Of a stretch of 48,340 nt of DNA, positions 25,149 through 34,036 are shown piece by piece. A program made the translations under genes and the position numbers. This DNA is from an uncultured Halobacteriales archaeon (GTDB lineage Archaea; Halobacteriota; Halobacteria; Halobacteriales; SW-7-71-33): NCBI GenBank assembly GCA_964593395.1, contig CAZQHW010000002.1, positions 1 through 48,340 on the forward strand. Reading direction: 5' to 3'. How positions within the stretch are numbered: position 1 is the first letter of the stretch; each line of letters starts with the position of its first letter. Under the pieces are notes generated by a model. That model did no database searches. It saw only the letters and a list, made by a program, of their open reading frames with translations, and was not told the DNA's origin.

Positions 25149-26575
25149 AGGTACTCCTCCATCGACGCCTGGTCGGGTCGTGGCTCGCTCTCGGTGTCCT
25201 CGTCCGTCTCGTCGTCGCCCGCCTCAGCCGCGTCGTCGTCCGTCGCTGTCCCGGTGGTGTCATCGTCGCCTGTTCCCGTCTCGGCGGCGTCCTCACCGTC
25301 TGCTGTTTCGGTCACGTCGTCCTGCGCTGTTTCGCCGTCGTCCGCCTCGCTCTCGGGTCTTGACTCGACTCCGGGCGCAGCCCCGTTTCCGGACACCGGG
25401 GCCTCGGACTCGCTCTCGCCGTCGGAATCACTCTCGCCGTCGGACTCGTTCGGCGGGCGCTCCAGACTGGCGAGGTCGTCCTCGGTCCGCTCGCGGACGC
25501 GACGCTTCGTGGCCTCGCGGACCCGGGAGTCGGCCACGTCCTCGGCGGTGCGGACGAGGGCGTCGATTCCGTGGGCGGCCTCGCTCAGACCCATCTCGTC
25601 CAGGCGGCGGTCGACCGCCCGGTCGGGGTCGGCGAAGGTCACGTCGACGGCGCTGTCCTCGGCCAACTCCCGACGGTCGTTGACCCGGGCGATGACGGCG
25701 CCACGCTCCAGGGCGAACTCCTCGACGGCGGCGGGCGTGACCGGGTCCCCCTCGCCCTCTACCGTCACGATCAACACGGCGTCAGCCAGGTCGTACTGTC
25801 GGACCGCCTCGCGGACCCGGGCTTCCCCCTCGCCCGGTTCCAGGTCGAGGTCGACAAAGACGAACTCGCGGGCGTCGGGCACCGACCGCCGCGTGACGGA
25901 GACGGGCACTGTGCCGCCGAACTCGACGATGTTGTAGCCACGCTCGGCGCGCTCCTCGGCGCTCGCCCGTTCGGTCGACCCGGGGTACGTCGCCACGGTG
26001 TCGCCGACCTCCTCGCGGCCGGGGTGGTGGATGTCGCCCAGGAGGAGGGCGTCGAAGTCGACCGGCGAGGCGTCTATGAGGGCGTCGGTGTCCCAGTCTG
26101 CGTGGGCGAACGGCTCGAAGGCGCCGTGGCTCGCGAGCGCCGCGAACTCGGCCCCTGCGGGCGCGAAGTCGTAGTCGAGGCTCTCGCGGGCGGCCTCGGG
26201 GACGAAGTCCTGGCCGTACAGCGCGAGGTCGCCGACGACGACCGGTTCGCGGCCGAGACGGGTCGCCAGGCCGAGGTCCTCGAACAGGTCGAGCCACTGG
26301 GCGTCGCGCTTTGTCTCGTGGTTGCCGACGACGGCCAGAAACGGGATTCCGGCGTCGTCGAGTCGGCGCAGCGCGCCGATCACTCCCTGGATGTCGGCCA
26401 GTCCCGGGCGACGGTCGTGAAAGAGGTCGCCCGCGTGGACGACGGCGTCGACGTCGTCGCCGACGGCGTCCTCGACGACGGACTCGAACGCCCGCAGGAA
26501 GTCCGCGCGACGCTCGGGCGAGTGGTACTGCTGGTAGCCGACGTGTGTGTCGGCCGTGTGGATGACCCGAGTCAC
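25145..26575 (-). CDS. mre11: DNA double-strand break repair nuclease Mre11 with ~110-aa acidic C-terminal tail
   Basis: Phosphoesterase motifs are VIHTADTHVG, VVHAGDLFH, VVGNHE and GDIHH. Confidence 0.95.
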   Translation of the reverse strand: MTRVIHTADTHVGYQQYHSPERRADFLRAFESVVEDAVGDDVDAVVHAGDLFHDRRPGLADIQGVIGALRRLDDAGIPFLAVVGNHETKRDAQWLDLFEDLGLATRLGREPVVVGDLALYGQDFVPEAARESLDYDFAPAGAEFAALASHGAFEPFAHADWDTDALIDASPVDFDALLLGDIHHPGREEVGDTVATYPGSTERASAEERAERGYNIVEFGGTVPVSVTRRSVPDAREFVFVDLDLEPGEGEARVREAVRQYDLADAVLIVTVEGEGDPVTPAAVEEFALERGAVIARVNDRRELAEDSAVDVTFADPDRAVDRRLDEMGLSEAAHGIDALVRTAEDVADSRVREATKRRVRERTEDDLASLERPPNESDGESDSDGESESEAPVSGNGAAPGVESRPESEADDGETAQDDVTETADGEDAAETGTGDDDTTGTATDDDAAEAGDDETDEDTESEPRPDQASMEEYL

Positions 26576-26632
26576 GGTGTCGGGGATCGACGTGCCCCGT
26601 TTAAATCGGTTCCGTGAGCGGAGTGAAACTGG

Positions 26633-26797
26633 TCACTCGGGCACGCCGACGACGAACAGTTCGTGCCCGACGATCAGAAGCGCTCCAACGAGTCCCAGCG
26701 CCGTCGGCAGTCTCCCGCCGGTCACCTGTCCTGCGGCCGCGCCCAGCACCGCCGGCACCGGGATCGCCGCGAGTACCGCGTCGTGGCGACTGACCAT
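26633..26797 (-). CDS. 54-aa hydrophobic (two-TM) microprotein, not in the ORF track
   Basis: The reverse complement reads MVSRHDAVLAAIPVPAVLGAAAGQVTGGRLPTALGLVGALLIVGHELFVVGVPE followed by a stop. G/C third positions dominate. The start abuts the AT-rich divergent promoter. Confidence 0.5.
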   Translation of the reverse strand: MVSRHDAVLAAIPVPAVLGAAAGQVTGGRLPTALGLVGALLIVGHELFVVGVPE

Positions 26798-26800
26798 GTC

Positions 26801-26818
26801 TAATTAGATTTAATTAGA
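26801..26818. promoter_or_regulatory. duplicated palindromic TATA-like element TAATTAGA-tt-TAATTAGA in a divergent intergenic region
   Basis: c TAATTAGA tt TAATTAGA agg. Each TAATTA core is self-complementary. The element sits between the - strand start at 26797 and the + strand ORFs beginning at 26825/27006/27063. Confidence 0.5.
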
Positions 26819-27062
26819 AGGCCTATGTCTTGTGGTTCGTGCCGCGAGTGGGGGAACGCCGTCGCTACCGGGGGACGTGACGGCCCCGGGTATCGTGAGT
26901 GTGTCTCCTCGGCCCGCGGACGGCCGGCGACGGTCGGCGGCCGTTACTCGGCGATCCAGGGCGTAAGCGACGTGTTACGAAGCACTCGGCGGTCCTCCGG
27001 CGGGTGTGGTTGGGGATCGAACGGCACGACTTCGGAGCACCGCGTGGCCGGGCCACGCCTGT

Positions 27063-27347
27063 ATGTGGCTGCTGGCCGTCCTCGCGTTCGGGATCGGGGA
27101 CGTGCTGACGACGGGGCTGGGGCTGGGGCTGGCGGCCCTGACCGAGACGGGGCCGCTGACGGCGCCACTGATCGAGTGGTTCGGGCCGGGCGTGATGCTG
27201 TCGGTGAAGGGTGTCACCTTCTGTGGGTGCTACGCGCTGTGGCGACTCGTCCCGCGACCGCACAGCGTCGGTGTGCCCCTCGGCCTGGCCGTGCTCGGCG
27301 TCTCGACGACCTGCTGGAACCTCTACCTGCTGGTCGTCGCCGGATAG
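27063..27347 (+). CDS. small integral membrane protein (3 TM)
   Basis: Lies within ORF 27006..27347. MWLLAVLAFGIGDVLTTGLGLGL... is hydrophobic throughout. An alternative GTG start lies at 27006. Confidence 0.55.
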   Translation: MWLLAVLAFGIGDVLTTGLGLGLAALTETGPLTAPLIEWFGPGVMLSVKGVTFCGCYALWRLVPRPHSVGVPLGLAVLGVSTTCWNLYLLVVAG

Positions 27348-27351
27348 CCAG

Positions 27352-28086
27352 TCAGCGCAGTTCCTCCTCGGCGAGTGCGGTCTGGAGGTCCACACGGACG
27401 CGCTCGCCGGTCTCTAAGTCCCGTGCGGTGGTGACGACGCGGTTCTCCTGGACACTCGACCCGTCCCGCAACAGCAGGCGGACGTTGCCGTTCTCGTCCG
27501 GGCGAGTCGCCTTTGCCCGCAGCCCCGCCTGGGAGCCCGTGCCGCCGGCGTCGATCGGTCCGGGGACGACTTTCTTTACGTGCGGGTGCCCCGCGACGGT
27601 CTGGATCGCCCGCTGTCCGTCCCGGCCGCCGATCAGCGTCGAGTGAGTGCCGCCGATCTTCTCGGCGGGCGGACGGTCGACGGTGTCCAGTGGCCCCTCG
27701 CCGCCGTCGAGCGCGGCGTCGACGGGGTCGTCGGCGTCCACCCGCAACAGGTCGTGGTGGATGTCCGCCCGCACTGCCCGCAACACCTCACGGTCGCCGG
27801 CGGCGTACACCTGTTCCGGGCGGCGCCGACGCACCTCGTCGGCGACCCGGCCCGCGTAGGCGCGCAACTCGCCACGGGGGTTGGTCTCCGCGGTCGTCGA
27901 GGCGGTGCCGTTCTCGGGGACCGTCGTCACCGTCGTCGGCGGGAGAGCGTCGCCGTCGGCGATCGGTGTCACCCTGGCGCGGTCACGCCCGAGGTCGAGA
28001 ACGACGCCGTCGGCGTTCGCCGAGCGACAGACCAAGCAGTAGTCGCCCGGTCGCTCCAGCGACGCCCCACACGACTCACAGCGCAC
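27352..28086 (-). CDS. archaeal metal-binding protein, DUF2103-like, with N-terminal zinc ribbon
   Basis: GTG start. The zinc ribbon is CESCGASLERPGDYCLVC (CxxC...CxxC). The C-terminal block KIGGTHSTLIGGRDGQRAIQTVAGHPHVKKVVPGPID resembles the conserved archaeal DUF2103 core. The family name is from memory. Confidence 0.65.
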   Translation of the reverse strand: MRCESCGASLERPGDYCLVCRSANADGVVLDLGRDRARVTPIADGDALPPTTVTTVPENGTASTTAETNPRGELRAYAGRVADEVRRRRPEQVYAAGDREVLRAVRADIHHDLLRVDADDPVDAALDGGEGPLDTVDRPPAEKIGGTHSTLIGGRDGQRAIQTVAGHPHVKKVVPGPIDAGGTGSQAGLRAKATRPDENGNVRLLLRDGSSVQENRVVTTARDLETGERVRVDLQTALAEEELR

Positions 28087-28128
28087 GGTCAGACTCGACG
28101 GTCGCGGGTCAAAAGCGGCGCGATGCCG

Positions 28129-29514
28129 TCACAGGTCCCGCGGGTCGACTTTGAGAAACTCCCGCAGGAGGACCGTGGCGTAGGACCCGGGCGGGAGCGC
28201 GAACGACAGCGCCAGCGGGTCCCGCTCTACCGCCAGGTCGGTGCACAACAGCATCGCACGGCGGTCGCCCGTCGAGTCGAAGGCCCCGGGCAGGTCGAAC
28301 TCCGACGGTGCCAGGCCGAGGTCGTCGAGCACCGCCCGCTCCACCGCGCCCGGCTCCCCTTCACCGAGGTCGGTCTCGGTGCCGACCAGCGGTGCCGTCA
28401 CGAACGCCCGCCCCCGCTCGCAGTGACGCCGCACGGTCTCGACGCGCTCGGCCGTGACGCGCTGTGTGCGGTCTGTGTCCGGGGACGGCAGGTCCGCGGG
28501 CGCGTCGCGGTCCCGAAAGCAGACCACGTCGCCCTCGACGGGCCGGTTCAGCGCCAGTCCACGGTCGAGGCGCTCGCTGACGATCCGGTTGAACGCGTAC
28601 GACTGGGCGGCGTGGACGAACAGTCGCTGGAGGTTCGACGGCACCGACTCCAGTGCGTCACGGAAGTCCTCGGGACCGGGGTCCTCGACGCCAGCGAGCG
28701 TCGAACACATCGCCCGCTCGTGGCCCAGCGCGCCGGGCAACCGGTCGAGTGCCCCCTGCCAGTCGCGGGTCTCCTCGACGTAGCGGCGGGCCGCCTGGGT
28801 GCGTTCGGGTTCGCGCTCGCTCGGGTTGCCGACGTACCGCAGGACCGCCTCGGCCCAGTCGCCGCGGACGACCGCCAGGCCGACCTCGTGGGTCACCGGT
28901 CGGCGGGCGCCGAAGCGCTGGTGGCCGAAGTAGTTGGGCACCGCGACGGCGGTCTCGTCGGACGCCGGTGGGTCGTCTCCGGGCGCGTCGGCGGCCGGGA
29001 GAGCGCCGGGGTCGCCGGCAGCGAAGGCGGCCAGGTCCCGCCGAACGGCGTCGACGGCGGCGGCGTCGTCGGGGTCGCGGACGACCACCCGGAACTCGTT
29101 GCCGGCCAAGTCGCCAAAGAGCACCGGTCGGCCCGTGCGCCCGACCGGCGTCAACTCAGCGCCGTCGACCGACGGCAGGTCCCCGGGGTCGACACCGTCC
29201 AGGCTCAGCAACTGCGTGGTGTGGGCGCGCTTGTCCTTCGTGCCGGCCCAGGAGACGCGCTCGCGGCTCATCCCCAGCGCGTCCGAGAGCCGGCCGGCGA
29301 AGTCGTTCGCCTCCCAGTTCCGCAGCGTCGCCCGAACGACGAGGTGGGGGTACGAGCCGCGGTCGGCGCCGAGTGGCTCCGTGTCGACCGCCTCGCGCTC
29401 GACGACGCGGAAGTCCGTGGGCGAGGCGCGAAGGCGTCCGCCACAGCCGTCAGCGTCGCTGACGTACCACGCGATACCGACCGCGCGCTCGACGGGGAGT
29501 GCCGGACGCATCAC
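28129..29514 (-). CDS. truD: tRNA pseudouridine synthase TruD (Pus7-like)
   Basis: F.V.E at the N-terminus (TDFRVVERE), the catalytic Asp motif [12 protein letters not shown], and NYFGHQRFG. Confidence 0.9.
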   Translation of the reverse strand: MMRPALPVERAVGIAWYVSDADGCGGRLRASPTDFRVVEREAVDTEPLGADRGSYPHLVVRATLRNWEANDFAGRLSDALGMSRERVSWAGTKDKRAHTTQLLSLDGVDPGDLPSVDGAELTPVGRTGRPVLFGDLAGNEFRVVVRDPDDAAAVDAVRRDLAAFAAGDPGALPAADAPGDDPPASDETAVAVPNYFGHQRFGARRPVTHEVGLAVVRGDWAEAVLRYVGNPSEREPERTQAARRYVEETRDWQGALDRLPGALGHERAMCSTLAGVEDPGPEDFRDALESVPSNLQRLFVHAAQSYAFNRIVSERLDRGLALNRPVEGDVVCFRDRDAPADLPSPDTDRTQRVTAERVETVRRHCERGRAFVTAPLVGTETDLGEGEPGAVERAVLDDLGLAPSEFDLPGAFDSTGDRRAMLLCTDLAVERDPLALSFALPPGSYATVLLREFLKVDPRDL

Positions 29515-29664
29515 CGCTCCCCCGCCGGAAGAGGCCGCATACCCGCGGATCGCGCGCGGCGGTCTAATACCCGTCGACCGACTTCTCCTCTCGCCGCTTG
29601 CCCCCCGAAAGGATCACTGGAATCACCGGACGTGTACCGGATGGTACAGAGTGGATTAGAAAGG

Positions 29665-29672
29665 AATATATA
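29665..29672 (+). promoter_or_regulatory. TATA box for the ABC transporter operon (leaderless ATG 29695)
   Basis: aatatata, centred ~26 nt upstream of the ATG at 29695. Confidence 0.55.
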
Positions 29673-29694
29673 CCGGAGCCAGAAATCGCGCCGT

Positions 29695-31680
29695 ATGCCG
29701 AACGACTCTCCCGGCAGTGATCGACAGCCACTAGCGACTACGAAGTCCCGCCGCCGACTCCTCGAAATCCTCGGCGCCGGTACCGCCGCCGGCCTGGCCG
29801 GTTGTGCTGGCGGTGGCGGCGACGGCGGCGACGGCGGGGATGGCGCCGACGGCGGTGACGGTGGCGATGGTGGCGACGGTGGCGACGGTGGCGACGGTGG
29901 CGACGGCGGTGACGGTGGCGAGGAACCACTGCCCGAGGTCCAACTCATCGGCCCCGACGGCGAACAGGCATCGCCGACGCTGTTCTACGACCAGGGGTCG
30001 ACAAACGGCGAGGACATCGCCCTGCAGATGCAGTCCGACCTCGAGAGCATCGGAGTGGCCCTGCAGATCGAGGGCCGCCAGAACCTGCTGGCGGAGGACT
30101 TCAACTCCGAGCCGCTGCCCGACGAGAACCCCGACGACTTCGAGTACGGTCCCGTCGGCCGCAACGCCGGCCCGCCGGAGCGGACCCGGACCGTCGCGGA
30201 CTGGGACATGCTCATCGGCATCGCCGGGAACACGTACCCCCGGACGCCCGGGAACACGGAGGTCTTCTGGGTAAAGGACTCTGCGGTGAACGCCTACGGC
30301 TACGTGCCGGAGGCCGACCACCGGGCGCTGTACGACGAGGCGACCAGCGCACTCGACCAGGAGACGCGCAACGAGCGCTTCCAGGAGATCTTCGCGAACC
30401 TGACCGTCGAACTGCCGGCGAACTTCCTGAGCACCTCGCCGGACTACATCGGCGTCCGCCAGGACATCAACACCACCGACCTGTACAACCAGTACGGCGC
30501 CTCGTACTACCAGATCAACCGCTACCGCAACGAGCAGACCGTCAGCGGGGACTTCGTCCAGTTCTCGACGACGCCGCTCAGCAGCCTGTACCTGCCCGAG
30601 CAGGACGACAACAACTCCGCCCAGCGGACCGGGCTGCTCCACGACGGGGCCTACGCGATCACGGTCGACGACGAGGTGTTCCCGTACTTCTTCGACATCG
30701 AGGACTCCGGCGACGGCCAGGTGTTCGTCTGCACGGTGCGTGACGGGATCGAGTACGGCACCGACGCCGACGGCAACTCCTACGGCCAGATGACCGCCGA
30801 GGACTGGGTGTACCAGTCGAACATGGTCCACGGCGTCTCCGACGACGCCGCCAGCATCTGGAACGAGGAGACCCCGCCCAGTTCACAACTCGGTGACTAC
30901 GACTCCATCGAGAACATCGAGCAGACCGGCGAACTGGAGTTCCAGGTCGAACTGCCCAGCGTCGACCCGCTGTTCCCGCTGCGGCCGGTGCTCTGGGGCG
31001 AGTCCTGCCTGCCGAAGGGGCTGTTCGAGCAGTACGCCCCCGACGCCCAGGCGCTGCGCGAGGCGCCAGAGATCCGCAACTTCACCTGGTACGGCAACAC
31101 CGGGCCGTACACCTTCGAGGACCGCACGCCCGGCGACACAGGGTCGTTCCTCGCCTCCCGCAACGAGGACTACTACATGCGGAACCACGTCGACTCGAGC
31201 AACGTTCAGACGGTCGGCGAGGCGTGGGCCGACGCGCCGTACTTCGAGCAGAACCAGTACGACAACGAGGCCGAGCAGTCCACGGTGCTCGAGCGGTTCC
31301 GCAACGGCGAGGGCGACGTGTACGGCCTGCCGACCGACGCTGTCGGGGAGTTCCGCCAGGCCGTCGACGACGTCCGCGTCGAGGAATCGCTGCAGCCGTT
31401 CCTGAGCATGGCGTTCTTCAACCAGCGCTCGAACGGCCACCCGCTGATGAAGACCCAGGCCGGTCGCCGGGCGGTCGCCGGCGTCATCGACAAGCAGGTC
31501 ATCTCCGAGCAGATCCAGCGCGGCCTGACCAACCCCGCCGTCACCTACCAGCCCGAGTGGTCGCAGTACTACGACCCCGAAGCGGTCAACGAGTACGGTG
31601 TCGGTGTCGAGCGCGGGGACATCGAGGAGGCCCGCGAAGAGGTGCGGAGCCTGGACGACTTCACGCTGGAAGAGGTCTGA
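29695..31680 (+). CDS. ABC transporter substrate-binding lipoprotein, peptide/nickel (family 5, DppA/OppA-like)
   Basis: Only the 3' part of track ORF 27580..31680 is credible. The Tat motif is SRRRLLEILGAG and the lipobox is LAGC. A (GGD)n linker is followed by a family-5 SBP-like body. The gene is followed by cognate permeases and ATPases. Confidence 0.85.
   Translation: MPNDSPGSDRQPLATTKSRRRLLEILGAGTAAGLAGCAGGGGDGGDGGDGADGGDGGDGGDGGDGGDGGDGGDGGEEPLPEVQLIGPDGEQASPTLFYDQGSTNGEDIALQMQSDLESIGVALQIEGRQNLLAEDFNSEPLPDENPDDFEYGPVGRNAGPPERTRTVADWDMLIGIAGNTYPRTPGNTEVFWVKDSAVNAYGYVPEADHRALYDEATSALDQETRNERFQEIFANLTVELPANFLSTSPDYIGVRQDINTTDLYNQYGASYYQINRYRNEQTVSGDFVQFSTTPLSSLYLPEQDDNNSAQRTGLLHDGAYAITVDDEVFPYFFDIEDSGDGQVFVCTVRDGIEYGTDADGNSYGQMTAEDWVYQSNMVHGVSDDAASIWNEETPPSSQLGDYDSIENIEQTGELEFQVELPSVDPLFPLRPVLWGESCLPKGLFEQYAPDAQALREAPEIRNFTWYGNTGPYTFEDRTPGDTGSFLASRNEDYYMRNHVDSSNVQTVGEAWADAPYFEQNQYDNEAEQSTVLERFRNGEGDVYGLPTDAVGEFRQAVDDVRVEESLQPFLSMAFFNQRSNGHPLMKTQAGRRAVAGVIDKQVISEQIQRGLTNPAVTYQPEWSQYYDPEAVNEYGVGVERGDIEEAREEVRSLDDFTLEEV
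29809..29923 (+). repeat. coding tandem repeat, 9-nt unit ggtggcgac (Gly-Gly-Asp)n, about 12 units with 4 consecutive perfect copies
   Basis: ggcgatggtggcgacggtggcgacggtggcgacggtggcgacggcggtgacggtggcgag. It encodes GGGGDGGDGGDGADGGDGGDGGDGGDGGDGGDGGDGGEE immediately after the lipobox Cys. Confidence 0.9.
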
Positions 31681-31751
31681 CCCGGCTCATCCCGGACACG
31701 AACCGAACAGTTTTCTAATCTCCACGCCAGTTTCCGTACTACACGCAACGT

Positions 31752-32816
31752 ATGAAATGGTACGTCCTTCGACGAGTGCTCTGGGCGGGGGTGGCGACCT
31801 TCGTGATCTTCACGGTCTCGTTCCTGTTGATGGACCTGGTGCCCAACCAACAGCTCCAGGCGGCCGAGTTCCAGGCCGCACAACAGGGGGTCGACATCGA
31901 ACAGGCCGTCCAGGCTGAGAAGGAGCGACTCGGGATCGCGGCACCGCTACACGAACGATACGTCGACTTTCTGGGGAACATGATCCAGGGTGACTGGGGC
32001 TGGTCGTACGAGTACCAGCAACCGGTCTGGAAGGTCGTCACCCAGACGGTGCCGTACTCGCTGATGTACGGCGCTCCCGCGATCATCCTGTCGACGATCC
32101 TCGGGGCCGTCATCGGGCTGTACTCGGCGGTCAACCAGTACACGAAGAAGGACTACGCCGCGACGTTCGTGGCCTTCTTCGGGATCAGCATCCCGAACTT
32201 CTGGTTCGGCATCATCCTGCTCGTCATCTTCGGCGGGTGGCTCGGCTGGCTGCCGATCGGCTACAACGAGGCCATCCCGAAGACCGCGAGCGGGGACTGG
32301 GCCATCTTGGAAAAGGCCGGCTCCGGTCACCCCGCCTTCGTGGGGACGCAGTTCGAGGGCAAGCGCTACGTTGGAATCCTCAGTCCGACGAACCTCAAGC
32401 AACTCATCCTGCCGACGCTGGTGCTGATGACCGGCGCGATCGCCTCCGTGATGCGCTTTGCCCGCGCGGAGGCACTAGAGTACGTCAACGCCGAGTTCGT
32501 CAAGACCGCCAAGTCGAAGGGCGTCACCGACTGGCAGATCGTCGCCAAGCACATCTTCCGCCCGGCGTCGGTCCCGCTGATGACGATCTTCGTCGGTCGC
32601 ATTCTCGGACTCATCCTCTTTGGCTCGTACCTGATCGAGGTGGTGTTCGGCATCCCTGGACTGGGACTGGCCTCGTACAACGCGATCATCAACCAGGACA
32701 CCGACCTGGTCATGATCACGGTGCTCATCCCGACGTTCATCGCCATCGTCGGCAACCTGTTGGAGGACATCATGTACGTGATCATGGACCCGCGGATCAG
32801 CTACGGTGATCGCTGA
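31752..32816 (+). CDS. ABC transporter permease (DppB/OppB-like)
   Basis: Six TM segments. The conserved cytoplasmic loop is EFVKTAKSKGVTDWQIVAKHIFRPASVPLMT. Confidence 0.9.
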   Translation: MKWYVLRRVLWAGVATFVIFTVSFLLMDLVPNQQLQAAEFQAAQQGVDIEQAVQAEKERLGIAAPLHERYVDFLGNMIQGDWGWSYEYQQPVWKVVTQTVPYSLMYGAPAIILSTILGAVIGLYSAVNQYTKKDYAATFVAFFGISIPNFWFGIILLVIFGGWLGWLPIGYNEAIPKTASGDWAILEKAGSGHPAFVGTQFEGKRYVGILSPTNLKQLILPTLVLMTGAIASVMRFARAEALEYVNAEFVKTAKSKGVTDWQIVAKHIFRPASVPLMTIFVGRILGLILFGSYLIEVVFGIPGLGLASYNAIINQDTDLVMITVLIPTFIAIVGNLLEDIMYVIMDPRISYGDR

Positions 32817-34036
32817 TGTCGGGACGTGACTCCGACCGAGCAGCGACCGACGGCGGGATGTCGTTCACCCGGGTCGACTGGGACGACATCGACCCCAACG
32901 AGCGTGCCCGGTCCCGCACCGAACTCGCCTGGATGGGGGTTGTCGGCGTGTGGCTGCTCGCGGTCGTCGTCGAACTGTACTCGCAGTACGTCGCCGGGAC
33001 GGGCCGGTACGAGTTCCCACTGGTCGGAACGGTGGCGACGGTGGACTGGCTCTGGTCGATGACGATTCTTACGGTCGCCTACTACGGGGTACTCCCGCTG
33101 ATCCAACGGCCCCGGATGGCGCGGTACTACTGGAAGGAGTTCAAGAAGAACAAGGCCGCCGTCATCAGCGCGCTGTATCTCGTGGTCGTCTTTCTGGTCG
33201 GTACGATCGGTACCCGGTTCGTCGACGCGCCGGAGCCGACGCCCGGCCTGGAGAACCAGCCCCCGGTGTTTCTCTCGGTCCAACGGTACGTCGTCGGCAC
33301 GAAGTGTCCCGGCGGCGTCGTCGAGGGTGGCGAGGTGCCCCGGTGTACCGGCAGTTGGGAGTACCCACTCGGCACCGACACGAGCGGCGAGGACATCCTC
33401 CACGGGCTCATTCACGGCATGGAGATCAGCATGCAGGTCGGGATGATCGCGACGCTGATCAGCACCGCCATCGCCGCGACGGTGGGGCTGACGGCGGCGT
33501 ACTACGGCGGCCTCATCGACGAGGTGCTGATGCGGTACGTCGACATCCAGATCACCTTCCCCACGTTCTTCCTGTTCCTGTTGCTCGCCTACACCTTCGG
33601 CGGCAGCCTGTTTCTTCTGATCATGATCTTCGGACTGTTCGGCTGGGGGTCGAACGCCCGGATCATGCGCTCGGAGGCGCTGCAGCGCCGCGAGGAGCCG
33701 TACATGACCGCCTCAAAGGCCGCCGGGGCGTCGAGCCTGTGGGCGATGCGGAGACACCTGCTGCCGAACATCTCGAACAGTCTCATCACGATCGCGACGC
33801 TGTCGGTCCCGGGGATCATCCTGGCGGAGGCCGCCTTCGCCTTTCTCGGACTCGCGGACCCCACCCTGCCGTCGTGGGGTCGGTACATCTCCGACGGACG
33901 CAACAGGCTCACCGACGCCTGGTGGATCTCCACGATCCCCGGCGTGTTCCTGTTCTTCACGATCCTCGCGTTCAACTTCGTCGGCGACGCGTTGCGTGAC
34001 GCACTCGATCCGCGCCACGGGGGGAGCGGCGAATGA
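32816..34036 (+). CDS. ABC transporter permease (DppC/OppC-like) with extended N-terminal region
   Basis: The start overlaps the upstream stop (TGATG). The loop motif is YMTASKAAGASSLWAMRRHLLPNISNSLIT. Confidence 0.9.
   Translation: MSGRDSDRAATDGGMSFTRVDWDDIDPNERARSRTELAWMGVVGVWLLAVVVELYSQYVAGTGRYEFPLVGTVATVDWLWSMTILTVAYYGVLPLIQRPRMARYYWKEFKKNKAAVISALYLVVVFLVGTIGTRFVDAPEPTPGLENQPPVFLSVQRYVVGTKCPGGVVEGGEVPRCTGSWEYPLGTDTSGEDILHGLIHGMEISMQVGMIATLISTAIAATVGLTAAYYGGLIDEVLMRYVDIQITFPTFFLFLLLAYTFGGSLFLLIMIFGLFGWGSNARIMRSEALQRREEPYMTASKAAGASSLWAMRRHLLPNISNSLITIATLSVPGIILAEAAFAFLGLADPTLPSWGRYISDGRNRLTDAWWISTIPGVFLFFTILAFNFVGDALRDALDPRHGGSGE

Noticed and set aside
22804-25937. Very long alternative-frame and antisense ORFs across rad50/mre11 (614, 673 and 764 aa in the track)
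   Set aside because: Their translations are monotonous Ser/Arg/Ala or Arg/Gly/Pro strings. That is the expected off-frame reading of a GAG/GAC/CGC-rich coiled-coil gene in a high-GC genome. The Rad50 and Mre11 frames carry all the catalytic motifs.
26825-27646. ORF starting MSCGSCREWGN at leaderless distance from the TAATTAGA box; considered as a zinc-finger protein or a frameshifted N-terminus of the membrane protein at 27063
   Set aside because: After the first CxxC there is no second Cys pair at ribbon spacing, and the rest is Arg/Gly-rich. The ORF runs through the next gene and into the antisense of 27352..28086. The membrane-protein frame is closed by a stop codon at 26964-26966, so a simple frameshift fusion is not supported. 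A short translated peptide cannot be excluded.
27580-29694. 5' two-thirds of the 1366-aa track ORF (27580..31680)
   Set aside because: It is antisense to the well-supported DUF2103-like and truD genes, and its translation is Arg/Gly/Val-rich with no motifs. The real gene begins at ATG 29695, where a TATA box, Tat motif and lipobox line up.
29809-29923. Tandem repeat considered as a CRISPR-like or minisatellite non-coding array
   Set aside because: The unit is only 9 nt with no spacers. It is in frame inside a well-supported lipoprotein gene and encodes a Gly-Gly-Asp linker.
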